Shown: positions 19,084 through 29,371, counted from the stretch's first letter. The stretch: DNA of 64,000 nt from an uncultured Pseudomonadales bacterium (GCA_964603945.1 CAZRWP010000002.1:123880-187879), one strand, 5' to 3'. Translations and numbers: made by a program. Notes: generated by a model from the letters alone, not told the origin.

Positions 19084-20187
19084 ATGCTTACTCAAAAGCA
19101 GTTTATACAACAGTTAACTAAATTAGTCGAGTTTCCGTCTTTGACCGGAGACGTTGAGGTGAATGGTCAGGCCTTGGATTATATTGAATCTTTGATTTCC
19201 CCAATGGCTAAAGTTCAGCGTCTGACCAATGGGCAAGCTGAGATATTGCTAGCCAGTAATACCGATAGCTTGGAGCCTGAATTTGGTTATATGGTGCACG
19301 TAGATGTAGTGGCTGGTTCGGATAGTATGTTTAAGTTAAGACAGGACGGCGATCTTGTTTTTGGCCGCGGCGTGAGCGACATGAAGTTTTCCATTCCGAT
19401 CGGTATTGCCTTGCTCAATGAGTTATTGGAAGCCAAGAGTACAACCAGCTTCACCTTGGCCATTACTACAGATGAAGAAGTGGGCGGTTTTGAGGGTGCG
19501 GCCTTTTTGGCCAAGAGTATTAACTGGAGGCCAAAAGCTTTAATTGTGCCGGATGGCGGTGATAATTTACAGTTTGTTGAAAAGGCTAAAGGCGTTGCGC
19601 AGTTTGAGATTACGTCTAAAGGGACTTCAGCGCACGCCTCTAGGCCATGGATGGGCAAAAATGCCCTCCCCTCTTTGGGCAAACTAGTCGCCAAGTTAGA
19701 TGAGCGGTACGGACAAAATAATCTAGCAGAAAGTTGGGAGACGACCCTTAACTTTGGCCAATTAGTTGGTGGGATTTCTACTAACCAAGTTTGTGACTCG
19801 GCGGTGCTTAGGATTGATTTCCGTTATCCGGAAACTAACTCACTTGAACGCATTGAGAACGAAGTTAGGAATTTGATTGAGGAAATTGACCCAGCCCTGG
19901 AATCACTGACAATGAAGAAGTTGTCGACTGGTCTGCCGACTTTTACGGATGTGCGTTTGCCAGTCGTTAAGCGTTTTTTAAGCACTTTGGAAGCTGAGTA
20001 TGGTCAGTCGATCAAGATTGCGCCAACGTTTGGCGCGTCAGATGCTCGTCACTTTGCAGCCTTCAACATTCCAGTTTTAATGATCAAACCGCTTGGCGGT
20101 GATATCCACATGGAAAGCGAATACTTAGATGTGCCATCGACCATGACATTTTATGAGGCGTTGAGGAAGTTTGTGCAGGCGAGGTAA
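19084..20187 (+). CDS. M20 family metallopeptidase (ArgE/DapE-like deacylase)
   Basis: HVDVV metal-binding motif and GRGVSDMK. ATG at 19084 is preceded by AAAGAGGTG. The ORF track starts 6 nt earlier at GTG. Confidence 0.75.
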   Translation: MLTQKQFIQQLTKLVEFPSLTGDVEVNGQALDYIESLISPMAKVQRLTNGQAEILLASNTDSLEPEFGYMVHVDVVAGSDSMFKLRQDGDLVFGRGVSDMKFSIPIGIALLNELLEAKSTTSFTLAITTDEEVGGFEGAAFLAKSINWRPKALIVPDGGDNLQFVEKAKGVAQFEITSKGTSAHASRPWMGKNALPSLGKLVAKLDERYGQNNLAESWETTLNFGQLVGGISTNQVCDSAVLRIDFRYPETNSLERIENEVRNLIEEIDPALESLTMKKLSTGLPTFTDVRLPVVKRFLSTLEAEYGQSIKIAPTFGASDARHFAAFNIPVLMIKPLGGDIHMESEYLDVPSTMTFYEALRKFVQAR

Positions 20188-20229
20188 TATTAATGATTTC
20201 AATATCAAGCTAACAAAGGACTGTGCCCT

Positions 20230-20535
20230 CTAAATCAATCCCGCCAGAAGTAGAATCCACACGGCGGCCGTGAAAACGGCAAAAACGCCAACGGTACGGA
20301 TAAATAGGTTAACAGCCTGCTTTTTCTGCCCCTCAATAAAAAGTAGTAATGGCTGATAAAAAAACAGGTACGCCATAACGGCCGCTGACAAGGTAAAAAG
20401 GGACAAAAAGGCGACCGGCGCAAAAGCGGTGTCCGGTTTATCGCTTTGTGTCTGCGACACAAAATTTAACAGGCTAACAACCAGCGCAATATAACCTGAG
20501 GCGCCAAGGGCGTTGAGAATAGGGTTTTTGGACAT
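20230..20535 (-). CDS. hypothetical small membrane protein (3 TM)
   Basis: Hydrophobic 101-aa ORF. The overlapping alternative frame 20235..20462 is rejected. Confidence 0.4.
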   Translation of the reverse strand: MSKNPILNALGASGYIALVVSLLNFVSQTQSDKPDTAFAPVAFLSLFTLSAAVMAYLFFYQPLLLFIEGQKKQAVNLFIRTVGVFAVFTAAVWILLLAGLI

Positions 20536-20577
20536 AGGTTGATTATATATCAGTCTAAATTAACTCGATATATCCTT

Positions 20578-21660
20578 TTAGATCAGTAGAATAAATTCCT
20601 GGATCACCTGCTTAACATCAATAATACTTGCCAAGTCTACCCATTCTTTATCCTCATGTAGTTGCCCACCAATCGGCCCAAAAACTACAGCGGGAATTTT
20701 GCGATTAGTAAAGTGCCTGGCATCAGAGCTACCAAATTCTCTGCCAAAAATTGGTTCGATAGCTTGAGTTTCGACTGCATGGGCTAATTTTTGTAGATGT
20801 TGATCATCTTGTATAGTAAAAATTGGTGATTCGTTGCGGACGACCTCCACTTGAGAACCCTTAAATAATGATTTCATATTTACCACAATCTTTGCCGGTT
20901 CATCACTAGGCTCATAGCGCACATCGCACCACAATTCACACTTGTCAGGCACCTGGTTTATAGCATTTCCTCCCTGTATTTGCGACCAGTTGTAGGTAGT
21001 AGACCAAGTCTCATTGACAGGATCTGGATGTTTGCTTAGAAACTTATTCAATTGTTTTGTCTGCTTAATAATAGCGTTGTCTCCTTGCCAAAGCCGTGAA
21101 CCATGAGCATTGGAACCATTAGTAGTTATTTTAATTTGCATAATACCTTTAGCTAAATGTTTAAGTTCCAGGTTAGTTGGCTCACCAAATAGACCAAACT
21201 CAATTTTAGGTAATTTTTCAACCATCACCTTGGTTGTGTCACCACCAATTTCTTCATCACTAACCAATACAAATCTGATGCCTTTTTTAGTGGCTTGTTC
21301 GACTTCAGTTTTAGAAAGTGACAAAAAAACAGCGCACATTGCTTTAGTGTCGGCTGTACCCCTACCGAGTAGTTTGCCATCAATCTCCTTCGGCACAAAG
21401 CAGAAGTCAGGAGCCGGAACGACGTCGATATGAGTATTGAACAACACCTTAGCAGATTGTGATGTTGCTCCCCACTCTAGTGATGGGTGATCGGTATGCC
21501 AGTGGATTTTGGATTTGATGCCTTTAGCCTTCAGATAATACTGACAAAATTGCAGAGCTTTAAGATTACCGGGTATATCGGTAGATAGGTTTTTCATTTT
21601 TACCAAATCTATTAGCAAAGATTTCATCTCCATATCTGACTTGATTTTATTGACTGTCAT
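20578..21660 (-). CDS. M20 family metallopeptidase (ArgE/DapE-like), second paralog
   Basis: HIDVVPA, GRGTADTK, SDEEIGG motifs; convergent with the first M20 gene. Confidence 0.75.
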   Translation of the reverse strand: MTVNKIKSDMEMKSLLIDLVKMKNLSTDIPGNLKALQFCQYYLKAKGIKSKIHWHTDHPSLEWGATSQSAKVLFNTHIDVVPAPDFCFVPKEIDGKLLGRGTADTKAMCAVFLSLSKTEVEQATKKGIRFVLVSDEEIGGDTTKVMVEKLPKIEFGLFGEPTNLELKHLAKGIMQIKITTNGSNAHGSRLWQGDNAIIKQTKQLNKFLSKHPDPVNETWSTTYNWSQIQGGNAINQVPDKCELWCDVRYEPSDEPAKIVVNMKSLFKGSQVEVVRNESPIFTIQDDQHLQKLAHAVETQAIEPIFGREFGSSDARHFTNRKIPAVVFGPIGGQLHEDKEWVDLASIIDVKQVIQEFILLI

Positions 21661-21662
21661 AC

Positions 21663-22706
21663 TTATTTCCTTCCTTTCTTTCTAAAACTCCGGTCAATCT
21701 CACGCAAGGCTTGATGGGTTGGTTTACTAAAAGCACCATCTAAAAATCTAGTTGGTGCCAGCAGGACCTGAGAACGCAATCGACCTAAAAGCAAGACTGG
21801 ATGGCCAGTTGGTCCAGGGTTACGGTCAACTCCACATGGCAACCAATTATCAGACAAGCATTTAAGAATTAAACCAGCATTATCAGAAGTCATCTCAATC
21901 GGGAGCAAAATAAAGCGACTTTTTTCTAGCCCCTCTGTCGTCACCTTTTCTAAAGACGACCCCTTTATTTCAGGAACAGCCAAGGCAAATGGCTCTGTTT
22001 GGACTAGTTCAAAACCCTCATTATTTAAGCCTTGTTCATTTTTTGATTTTGCCTTGATTTGGTTGTCAAACAAATTGTTACTTAAAACTAAAGCAGGCCT
22101 AATGATTTTTTTAGCTGATTTGTTGTCCGGAATGAACGCCTGTTCCGTATTTTGTTTTGGTTGTGAACTAGCTAAAGCAAACATTTCCTGACGTACCGGC
22201 TCGCCATGACTGAACATTGGAGCTAAAGCGTGAGGAGTTAAGCCAATCTGATTAAATGAAATGTTTTGAGTAGCCATTCCGGATGGTACTCCGGCAAAAT
22301 TATCAGCTACTCTAACTTCCGCTACGATTGGATTACTGTTCTCATCCATATGATCTATACAAGCGCGCATAATAGCGATGCTGCCTAAACCCAGACCAGG
22401 ATTAAGAGCTACAGCTCGGCCTATTTCCACTGAACCATCGGCTTGTTTGATTAAGGCGGCCATCGCTACTGGTTTACCTTCTTCCAATACAAACCAACAA
22501 CGGCATTGACCAGAGGCAATACTTTCGACAACTGCAGAAGGATTCTTAGCGATTCCATGCTGAGAGTAGACTTGACTTAACAGGTCTATCATCCAGTTGG
22601 CCTGTTGGTTGGCAGGAACGCCATCAATTGGCGTGACCAGTTTAGTAGTTCCATTTAAGCCTTGTTCTTTTTGTTGTATTTTTTGTTTAATTATTTCTTT
22701 ATTCAT
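21663..22706 (-). CDS. hypothetical protein, possible N-terminal GNAT-like acyltransferase fold
   Basis: Probable start at the internal Met MNKEIIKQ. The ORF-track start at 22787 would overlap the terminator. Segment VALNPGLGLGSIAIMRACI loosely resembles GNAT motif A. Weak call. Confidence 0.35.
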   Translation of the reverse strand: MNKEIIKQKIQQKEQGLNGTTKLVTPIDGVPANQQANWMIDLLSQVYSQHGIAKNPSAVVESIASGQCRCWFVLEEGKPVAMAALIKQADGSVEIGRAVALNPGLGLGSIAIMRACIDHMDENSNPIVAEVRVADNFAGVPSGMATQNISFNQIGLTPHALAPMFSHGEPVRQEMFALASSQPKQNTEQAFIPDNKSAKKIIRPALVLSNNLFDNQIKAKSKNEQGLNNEGFELVQTEPFALAVPEIKGSSLEKVTTEGLEKSRFILLPIEMTSDNAGLILKCLSDNWLPCGVDRNPGPTGHPVLLLGRLRSQVLLAPTRFLDGAFSKPTHQALREIDRSFRKKGRK

Positions 22707-22786
22707 AATTTCTTTCTTGATTTTTTTTGTAAATTTGCCAATCAGGTTGATTCTTAATAAGACCTCTCGGCCAGCTCCTGACGGCA

Positions 22787-22809
22787 TAAAAAAACCTCCG
22801 GCGGAGGTT
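22787..22809 (-). terminator. rho-independent terminator for the 22974..24833 gene (palindrome ACCTCCG-G-CGGAGGT flanked by an A7 tract, read as U tract on minus strand)
   Basis: aaaaaaacctccggcggaggt; potentially bidirectional. Confidence 0.6.
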
Positions 22810-22973
22810 GAAATGTAGTTGTTTTTTATTTGTGAAAATTTAGCAATACATAGCCACCTCCGCCTTGGTATAGGAGGCGTAATATACGCTGGCGAAGATA
22901 GATTTGGCTATCATGTTGGAGTGATTATACACCAATTTAGAAATTGACAAGGATTGATTAGAAATTAATAATC

Positions 22974-24833
22974 CTATTTCCCATACTGCTTTTTTAACGA
23001 GTCGCCGGACACGGTCTGGCTGGTAGCGCGGATACCACCGCCGGATGAGTCCCAGTTTTCCTGGTTAGATTCCCAACTGCCACCCATGCCGGTAACATAT
23101 TTTTTGTAATCATCTTCATTATAAAAAGCCATTTTGACACTGCCCAAATTGCCGCTGTCATATTTAACAATATCAAAATAAACATAGACAATTCGGCCTT
23201 TGTCGTCAGTGGTTTTAACATCCGGTTCGCCCAGGTATTTTTCGACATTGGTGATATCTTTCAGTTCTCCGCTCTCATCTAGTTCGTTGTACTCGCTAAT
23301 GTGCATGGCTGAACCAGACTCACCAGAGTTAGCTTGATCAGCGTTAGCCTGTTTGCGTAATGAACCAGATGGCGCAAAGCCACCCATGTATTCTTGGCCT
23401 GGCTCAATTACTTCTTCACCAATGACCATTTTAGTTAAAACTAATGAACTACTATTTACCTTAAACTCATAGTGACCGAGTGCTTCATCCTCACCAAAGA
23501 GTTTGACCACGTCGCCTTCCTGCTTCCAATTTTTGAAGTTATTGCCACTAACGGTGCCGTCACTATTTAAGACAAATTCAAACTCAGTGCTTTGTTCTTC
23601 GTTGTTGCCACCAGACACACTCTGCAATGAACCTTTCCAGGTTATGCCAGTAAAGTTATTTTCCGGAGAATCGCCATCATTTTTTCCGTCAGCCTGATTG
23701 TTTGACTCATTTTTGTTTTGGTCTGCCGACTTTTTTTGCTCTTCTTGCTGAGGTGCTTCAACTGGTTCGGTAGAGGCTAAAAATTCTTTTATTTCTGCCT
23801 CAGTCATGGGGACATATTTTTTATTAAGGCTGGCTAACCAGGCCTCAACTTCTGCCTTTTCCATTTCAGCCGCTGAGACTGCTCCCGGATATTTGGCTTG
23901 GCGGATTCTTTGGAATGGTTTTTGATATTCAAAATTAGTTAAATCAACACCGACTACTTTGCCTTCTTGGGCGGATTCTCTAAAACTCTCCAAACCAACC
24001 ATGACGGAGTCAAATTTTCCAAAGCCCGTTCCCAGGCTGGCCGGTATATTGGTAATTGTCATGACATTGGCAATTGGCTCTGTTACGGTTCTGACATCGC
24101 CTACAAAAGAAGAGATTTTATTTTTATCGCCTAAGGCGATTTGCGCGCCATCTTCGGTGACCTCTAAAGCCAAATCAACGCCGGTAACCACGATGGTTGC
24201 TTTGGTCAATACACCAGCTGTAGCAATGCCAGCTGTGCCACCAGTTAAAACCACGCCACCTACAAAACCAACCACCTTGCAACCATCCTTAACGACGATA
24301 GCTTGATGCTCTAAATTTTCAAATGCATCGCCTTCTTCAATAAATATATCAGCTGAAGTCTCATCCTGAACTTGATTCAGAATTAGCTGAGCCCTTTTGG
24401 CATCCACTCCCAAATGTTTAGCCAAAGTGGCAATACCTTTGAATTTCGGCGCTTTGTCATAGATATCATTAATTTCCTTGGCCGTATACGCATTGGCCGT
24501 GTCCACTAAATTAAAATTTAAGGCGGTCGACTCGGATTCTTGAGCCGCCTCCTCTTCTAATGACTTGACCTTATTTTCATACTCGTTCCAAGCCTTAATA
24601 AGCTCCGACATGTCCTTGTCCCAACTGGCATGGTCTGGATAGCTTTCAGCATTTATCAAAATGTTATCAGTTTGCTGACGCAGTAGCAGATATTCCTTGG
24701 AGAGATAATAGGTAGACTCCAGAACCTGTTCTTCAGAACGGTCCCGCGACATGAAAAGACTAATCCCTAAGATTCCGATGGCGATGATGAACGCAATAAC
24801 GATTAAGGGTTTAATTTTCATGAACCTTTTCAT
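22974..24833 (-). CDS. hypothetical membrane-anchored protein (N-terminal TM, Gly-rich central domain, acidic low-complexity region)
   Basis: TM KIKPLIVIAFIIAIGILGISLFM. VGFVGGVVLTGGTAGIATAGVL segment. No recognisable catalytic motif. Confidence 0.45.
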   Translation of the reverse strand: MKRFMKIKPLIVIAFIIAIGILGISLFMSRDRSEEQVLESTYYLSKEYLLLRQQTDNILINAESYPDHASWDKDMSELIKAWNEYENKVKSLEEEAAQESESTALNFNLVDTANAYTAKEINDIYDKAPKFKGIATLAKHLGVDAKRAQLILNQVQDETSADIFIEEGDAFENLEHQAIVVKDGCKVVGFVGGVVLTGGTAGIATAGVLTKATIVVTGVDLALEVTEDGAQIALGDKNKISSFVGDVRTVTEPIANVMTITNIPASLGTGFGKFDSVMVGLESFRESAQEGKVVGVDLTNFEYQKPFQRIRQAKYPGAVSAAEMEKAEVEAWLASLNKKYVPMTEAEIKEFLASTEPVEAPQQEEQKKSADQNKNESNNQADGKNDGDSPENNFTGITWKGSLQSVSGGNNEEQSTEFEFVLNSDGTVSGNNFKNWKQEGDVVKLFGEDEALGHYEFKVNSSSLVLTKMVIGEEVIEPGQEYMGGFAPSGSLRKQANADQANSGESGSAMHISEYNELDESGELKDITNVEKYLGEPDVKTTDDKGRIVYVYFDIVKYDSGNLGSVKMAFYNEDDYKKYVTGMGGSWESNQENWDSSGGGIRATSQTVSGDSLKKQYGK

Positions 24834-24953
24834 GAGCTGATCATACTCAAAAATGGCTTATATAACAAGAAGAAGTATTGTTATTTAATAGTTGATTAGC
24901 ATAATCATAATTTTCCTGTAACTTTTTATTCAAAGCTATCGTGACAACACCAA

Positions 24954-25718
24954 CTACCTAAAATAACCCACCACCTCGTCATGCATCAGGCCGTTAGTGG
25001 CAATAATTGAATGCGAGCTTTTGGTGATGGTATTTCCTTGCAAGTCTGTAACTATTCCGCCGGCTTCTTCCACAATTATTGAAGCAGCCGCTATGTCCCA
25101 AATTTTGGTTGCGGCCTCAACCATAACCTCGATTTTTCCTTCGGCCAGTAGATGGTAGCTCCAAAAATCACCAATACCGCGGTGGCCTTGTGTGGAAGCT
25201 TCAAGATTGATTAAGTTATCCAGAAGATTATTTCGCTTAAAATAACCAAGACCGCCATAACTCAGATAGGCTTGGTCAAGTTTTAAAACATCAGAAACCG
25301 TTATTCTTTTGTCATTTAGGAAAGCGCCCTCCCCTTTTTCAGCCCAGATCAGTTCATTTATAGCCGGAGCGTTAGAGACACCTAGAATTATTTCGTCGCC
25401 TCTCATGAGGGCCAGCTGAGTGGCGAACAAGGGAATTTGGCGCAGATAATGTTTGGTGCCATCAATGGGGTCAATGATCCAAGTGTATTCTGAGCCAGTC
25501 GTGGTACTGCCTGACTCCTCGCCTAAAAAGGCGTGATCTGGAAAAGCAGTAGAAATGATGTTTTTAATGGCCTCTTCCGCTTCTTGGTCAGCGATAGTAA
25601 CTGGGGACTGATCTTGTTTCAGGGTTGCCCGGACGCCTGACTGATAATATTTATTGATTATTCCCTGGGCAGCCGAGACAGCTTGAAGCGCGATTTGCAA
25701 AAAAAGAGATTTATTCAT
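24954..25718 (-). CDS. inositol monophosphatase family protein (SuhB/IMPase-like)
   Basis: Motifs FLGEESG, WIIDPIDGTK, WDIAAASIIVEEAGG. Confidence 0.8.
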   Translation of the reverse strand: MNKSLFLQIALQAVSAAQGIINKYYQSGVRATLKQDQSPVTIADQEAEEAIKNIISTAFPDHAFLGEESGSTTTGSEYTWIIDPIDGTKHYLRQIPLFATQLALMRGDEIILGVSNAPAINELIWAEKGEGAFLNDKRITVSDVLKLDQAYLSYGGLGYFKRNNLLDNLINLEASTQGHRGIGDFWSYHLLAEGKIEVMVEAATKIWDIAAASIIVEEAGGIVTDLQGNTITKSSHSIIATNGLMHDEVVGYFR

Positions 25719-25824
25719 GCTGTTGATAATTTAGCATGAAAGCGTGAGGTGGGTGGTGGTTCGGACATGCGAATTGGGTATGATTATGGCACAATTGGAA
25801 CTTAAAACTAGGGAATAGGATGTC

Positions 25825-26445
25825 TTAATATGAACAAAAATTATTCAAATCTCTTACTTCCTGGATATGTTCCGATCGAACTTCATCATTATTGCAATTG
25901 AGATTAATTAAGGCATTATAGATATTGTCTCGTTGTTCAAATGTGTAGATATACTGCTTAAATTTGAGCATGGTGTCTAATAGCTGCTTAATGTTGCCAG
26001 CCTGAGAAGGATCTGTTCCCACGATTTTGTTAGCATTGGGAAAAACGACATAAGGAATGATGGGGGATTTTAATTGTGATCTTAAAGCAAGTTCCAAAGC
26101 TTGAGTGTGGGCATAGTTCTGTCTCATTGGATTGTAAAAACTGTTTCGGTATTTATAGATAATCTGAACCCATTTATCTTGTTTAGAATTTCCATAGATC
26201 CATCCCTTATTAGCTTTTGTTTCAATACAAAAAATTCCATAATTAGAAACAACAACATGGTCTATTTGAGTGTATTTAGTCTTACCATGAGAAGGTATCA
26301 TTAGATTGTTTATGACCTTATAAACTGCATTTGGAAGTTTCAGCAGATGACTTGATACCTGTAGCTCGGCAATTTCTCCAATATAAGTAGGAGATCTTCT
26401 ATTTGTTAAGTTGGGTAGAGAAAAGAAAAATTCCAAAAATGACAT
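25825..26445 (-). CDS. NERD (nuclease-related domain) protein
   Basis: GE.AE..V...L..L....YKV.NN..IP..GKT.YTQIDHVVVSNYGIFCIETKANKGWIYG...QDKW.QI.YKY...F.NP..QN..H..AL matches the NERD consensus. Confidence 0.6.
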   Translation of the reverse strand: MSFLEFFFSLPNLTNRRSPTYIGEIAELQVSSHLLKLPNAVYKVINNLMIPSHGKTKYTQIDHVVVSNYGIFCIETKANKGWIYGNSKQDKWVQIIYKYRNSFYNPMRQNYAHTQALELALRSQLKSPIIPYVVFPNANKIVGTDPSQAGNIKQLLDTMLKFKQYIYTFEQRDNIYNALINLNCNNDEVRSEHIQEVRDLNNFCSY

Positions 26446-26501
26446 ACTATCCCTAGAAGTTAAAGATGTTTAGTATCAAAGCGAAAATCATATATACCTA
26501 A

Positions 26502-27230
26502 CTATTCCGGATAACATCCCCAATTTTCGTACCAATTGTACCCTTCTAAGTTTTGGGTACAGCAATCTACGTCGTTACCAGCTGAACACTCGGTTGGGCA
26601 TATTCCATCAGATTCAGCACTACAGCTGGCCATTGATTTGGGATAACATCCCCAGTTTTCAAACCAATGGTAATCGGAAAGTTTTTGGTCACAGCAATCA
26701 GCATCGTTACCGGCTGAACAATACCAGTGGCAAATTCCGTCTGCTTGAGCAGAGCATAATAGCTCCTTGGGATAGCACCCCCAATTTTCATACCATTTAT
26801 AGTCTGATCTGTTTGAGCAACAATCATTATCGTTTCCAGCGGTGCAGTTGCTAGGACAAATGCCATCACTAACAGCTGAGCACTTTTGTATAGGTGTTGG
26901 AATGACTACTGGCTTTGATGTTGGTTTGCGAGTCGGTTCTGAGACAGGAACAAGTGGTGCTGAGTATGGTTTTTGAGTAGTTGCGGGTTTTGGTTCCGGT
27001 GCGGCTGGTTTAGGTGCGGTTGGAGTATTTCCTCCCCCATGACAATGTCGTTCATTCCAAGGTACGCCCCATTCGTCACAATTTGTCCGACAGTAGTGAC
27101 AGCCATCCGAGGCCGTCCTGCCAGGATGGGCCAAAGTAGATGTTGAAAACGTAAACAAGAAAGCTAAAACTGCAAGATATATAAGGATAATCTTAGTCAC
27201 TATGGTTTTAGTATAACCTGAAATACCCAA
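26502..27230 (-). CDS. secreted Cys-rich protein with triplicated 7-Cys roughly 40-aa module
   Basis: Signal peptide. PT-rich linker. Three tandem repeats CSA.SDGICP.NC.AGND.DCC.......Y.WYENWGCYP[KE]. Confidence 0.6.
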   Translation of the reverse strand: MGISGYTKTIVTKIILIYLAVLAFLFTFSTSTLAHPGRTASDGCHYCRTNCDEWGVPWNERHCHGGGNTPTAPKPAAPEPKPATTQKPYSAPLVPVSEPTRKPTSKPVVIPTPIQKCSAVSDGICPSNCTAGNDNDCCSNRSDYKWYENWGCYPKELLCSAQADGICHWYCSAGNDADCCDQKLSDYHWFENWGCYPKSMASCSAESDGICPTECSAGNDVDCCTQNLEGYNWYENWGCYPE

Positions 27231-27258
27231 GTCACAAGGATTTGATGGAAAGATGGGG

Positions 27259-27957
27259 TTAATTTATTGGGTAGCGTTGCTCACAAATAGAAATTTCCTG
27301 GCTCAGATTTCTTTCAATAATTTTCATGGAAGTCTCATATGCGCTACTATCTAAGGCACCGAGACTTCTTAGCTTATTCCTAATAGCAAGACTTTCTTGT
27401 CTATAATCATCTCTTGCGTCTTGTATACATTTTGAATTTTCGTAAGTGTAATCTATTTGCTCTTGTATGTTTAATTCATTTGCTTCGTAAAGTTCTGCAA
27501 AGAATTGTTGACTCTCTAGGTCTCTTTTTTTACTTGACTCACAGTTTTGTGGAGAAAGCTTATAAGTACCATAACTCAGCTCACAATCAACTGTTTCGTA
27601 CTTTGGTGCAGTGAAGTTGTAATATGCGTCGTCTGGTTTTTTAGTTGGAGTGAAAGTTGCTACTGGTTTTTTCTCCCAAGCTGCATTAAATTCATCACAC
27701 ACTTTTTGTGTAGTCTGAAATTGTTTTCCGTCAGGTCCAGTACAAGTTATTTGGGATGAGGTATTTGCTTTGGGAGCTGGCGCCTGGGGTGTAGACTTAG
27801 CTGAGGGTTTTGGCGTGGATTTAAAATTACGATTGATTACTTTTTCAACAGCAGGGCTTGGTGAAGGCTGTGCTTGAGGTGAAGTATTATCTAGTCCACT
27901 AGTGATAATAATACTAGAAGCTATTGCGACAATGAATGTAATTATTAATCCAGGCAT
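27259..27957 (-). CDS. secreted protein, paralog of 7975..8823 (shared CTGPDGK..F.T.QK.CD.FN.AW module)
   Basis: N-terminal TM/signal, S/P/K-rich linker, shared module, C-terminal helical region. Confidence 0.5.
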   Translation of the reverse strand: MPGLIITFIVAIASSIIITSGLDNTSPQAQPSPSPAVEKVINRNFKSTPKPSAKSTPQAPAPKANTSSQITCTGPDGKQFQTTQKVCDEFNAAWEKKPVATFTPTKKPDDAYYNFTAPKYETVDCELSYGTYKLSPQNCESSKKRDLESQQFFAELYEANELNIQEQIDYTYENSKCIQDARDDYRQESLAIRNKLRSLGALDSSAYETSMKIIERNLSQEISICEQRYPIN

Positions 27958-28044
27958 TATTCCTTTTTGTTATTATATCAAACAAATTCTGGCATACATA
28001 AGATCGTTAATTGATAAGGGGGAGTATCTATCAAGACCAACGTC

Positions 28045-28848
28045 CTATTTTACGTATTGAGCTAAAAACTGGATTTCTTCTTTGTACACTTGTTGAGCAA
28101 CGTCAAATTCCCAAGGGCTATGATCTTGTCCGGGTAAAATCATGTAAGGCTGCCCTTTTGCTTTGACTTGCTCAATTGTTTTCTCTCTTAGCTCTTTTGA
28201 AATATATCTATCATTTTCTCCATAAACTAAATGAATACCGCCATTATATTTTTCCATCGCGCCCAAGAAATCAGCGGCGCTCGCTTCAGTCCAAAACTTA
28301 CCCTTATATATTTGCCCGCCCTCTTCGTATGTCTGTTCAGGATTCACGCTTGTATTACTCTTGGCATCGGGCACCCACAGAATGACGCACGGAACTCGAT
28401 TTTTTAGATGATCTTTCCCAGCCACCACCATTGTAGTTGTAGCTCCCATGCTCTGACCAAGCAGAGCCACCTGATAACCCAGGTCTAGATACTTCTCAGC
28501 CAGATATGAAGTCGTTTCTAGCCACTCATTAAAAGAAGAATCAATATAATTGCCTTCGGAGTTGCCGCCGCAAGGCTGGTCAAATCGTAAAACCGAGAAC
28601 CCTTCCTTGAGGAGTAATTTCTCAAAAACAACAAAAGATCTAGCCGGTCCAATGGAACTTCCACGAAAACCATGGCTCATGATCACCATTTTCTTTTGGC
28701 TAGGTTCTGGCTCAGTCAGAATGCAGAAAACCTGTTTGTTATTTATGGTTTCAAAAAAAGTTGATTTCATATCATTTATTCTCTCATACTTATTGCCATG
28801 GTCGGTTAGGGAGTGGCTTATAACATATTTCTTAAATAATTTTCTCAC
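28045..28848 (-). CDS. alpha/beta hydrolase (esterase/dienelactone-hydrolase-like)
   Basis: VIMSHGFRGSS and the nucleophile elbow GQSMG. Confidence 0.65.
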   Translation of the reverse strand: MRKLFKKYVISHSLTDHGNKYERINDMKSTFFETINNKQVFCILTEPEPSQKKMVIMSHGFRGSSIGPARSFVVFEKLLLKEGFSVLRFDQPCGGNSEGNYIDSSFNEWLETTSYLAEKYLDLGYQVALLGQSMGATTTMVVAGKDHLKNRVPCVILWVPDAKSNTSVNPEQTYEEGGQIYKGKFWTEASAADFLGAMEKYNGGIHLVYGENDRYISKELREKTIEQVKAKGQPYMILPGQDHSPWEFDVAQQVYKEEIQFLAQYVK

Positions 28849-28892
28849 CCGTGATCATATCTAGTTGATTTCTCTCTCGCAACAATAGTAGT

Positions 28893-29153
28893 ATGAATTA
28901 TATGTTAGAGATTTTATCCATTTTGCTCGAATGCATAATTGTAATTTTGGCTCTGCTGATTGCCTACAAACATAAACGCCCCTACGGCTGCACGCTGGCT
29001 CTTACTTTTGGCTTATATGTCGCTTTTGACGCGGCCCGTAGGTTCCAGTTAGGTGTCTCAGCTGAGCTACTGAACTTGTTATTCTTTGTGGCTTCGCTGT
29101 CGGCTTTGTGGTCGGTGTGGAGCATTTATCAAGAAGGAAAGGGAAAAAGATAA
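28893..29153 (+). CDS. small membrane protein (86 aa); may be fused with the following ORF
   Basis: Two TM helices. Stop TAA overlaps the ATG of the next ORF (TAATG). An A5 run at 29144-29148 is the junction; one extra A would fuse the two ORFs. Confidence 0.4.
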   Translation: MNYMLEILSILLECIIVILALLIAYKHKRPYGCTLALTFGLYVAFDAARRFQLGVSAELLNLLFFVASLSALWSVWSIYQEGKGKR

Positions 29154-29371
29154 TGACACTTGTCGGACTTGCCCTGATAGTATTAGCCTGGATAATTCAG
29201 CTAAAGGGCAAAAAGCCCGCCGTGCTGGTCAAGGAGTTTCTACTGCTGTATGCCACCGGTGCTTTATTGCTGGCTGTGGATGGCGCCAATAGTAGCTTGT
29301 GGGCGATGTCACTACTTAATGCAACCACTGCTATGTTGGTGCTGTTGGTATTGAAGAGGCAGAAGAAGTAG
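29153..29371 (+). CDS. small membrane protein (72 aa)
   Basis: MTLVGLALIVLAWIIQLKGKK...; the ORF-track frame starts earlier at 29108. Confidence 0.4.
   Translation: MTLVGLALIVLAWIIQLKGKKPAVLVKEFLLLYATGALLLAVDGANSSLWAMSLLNATTAMLVLLVLKRQKK

Noticed and set aside
20235-20462. 75-aa Cys/Arg/Pro-rich ORF overlapping 20230..20535
   Set aside because: Same strand, different frame from the hydrophobic 101-aa ORF, which has a typical membrane-protein composition. Only one can be real.
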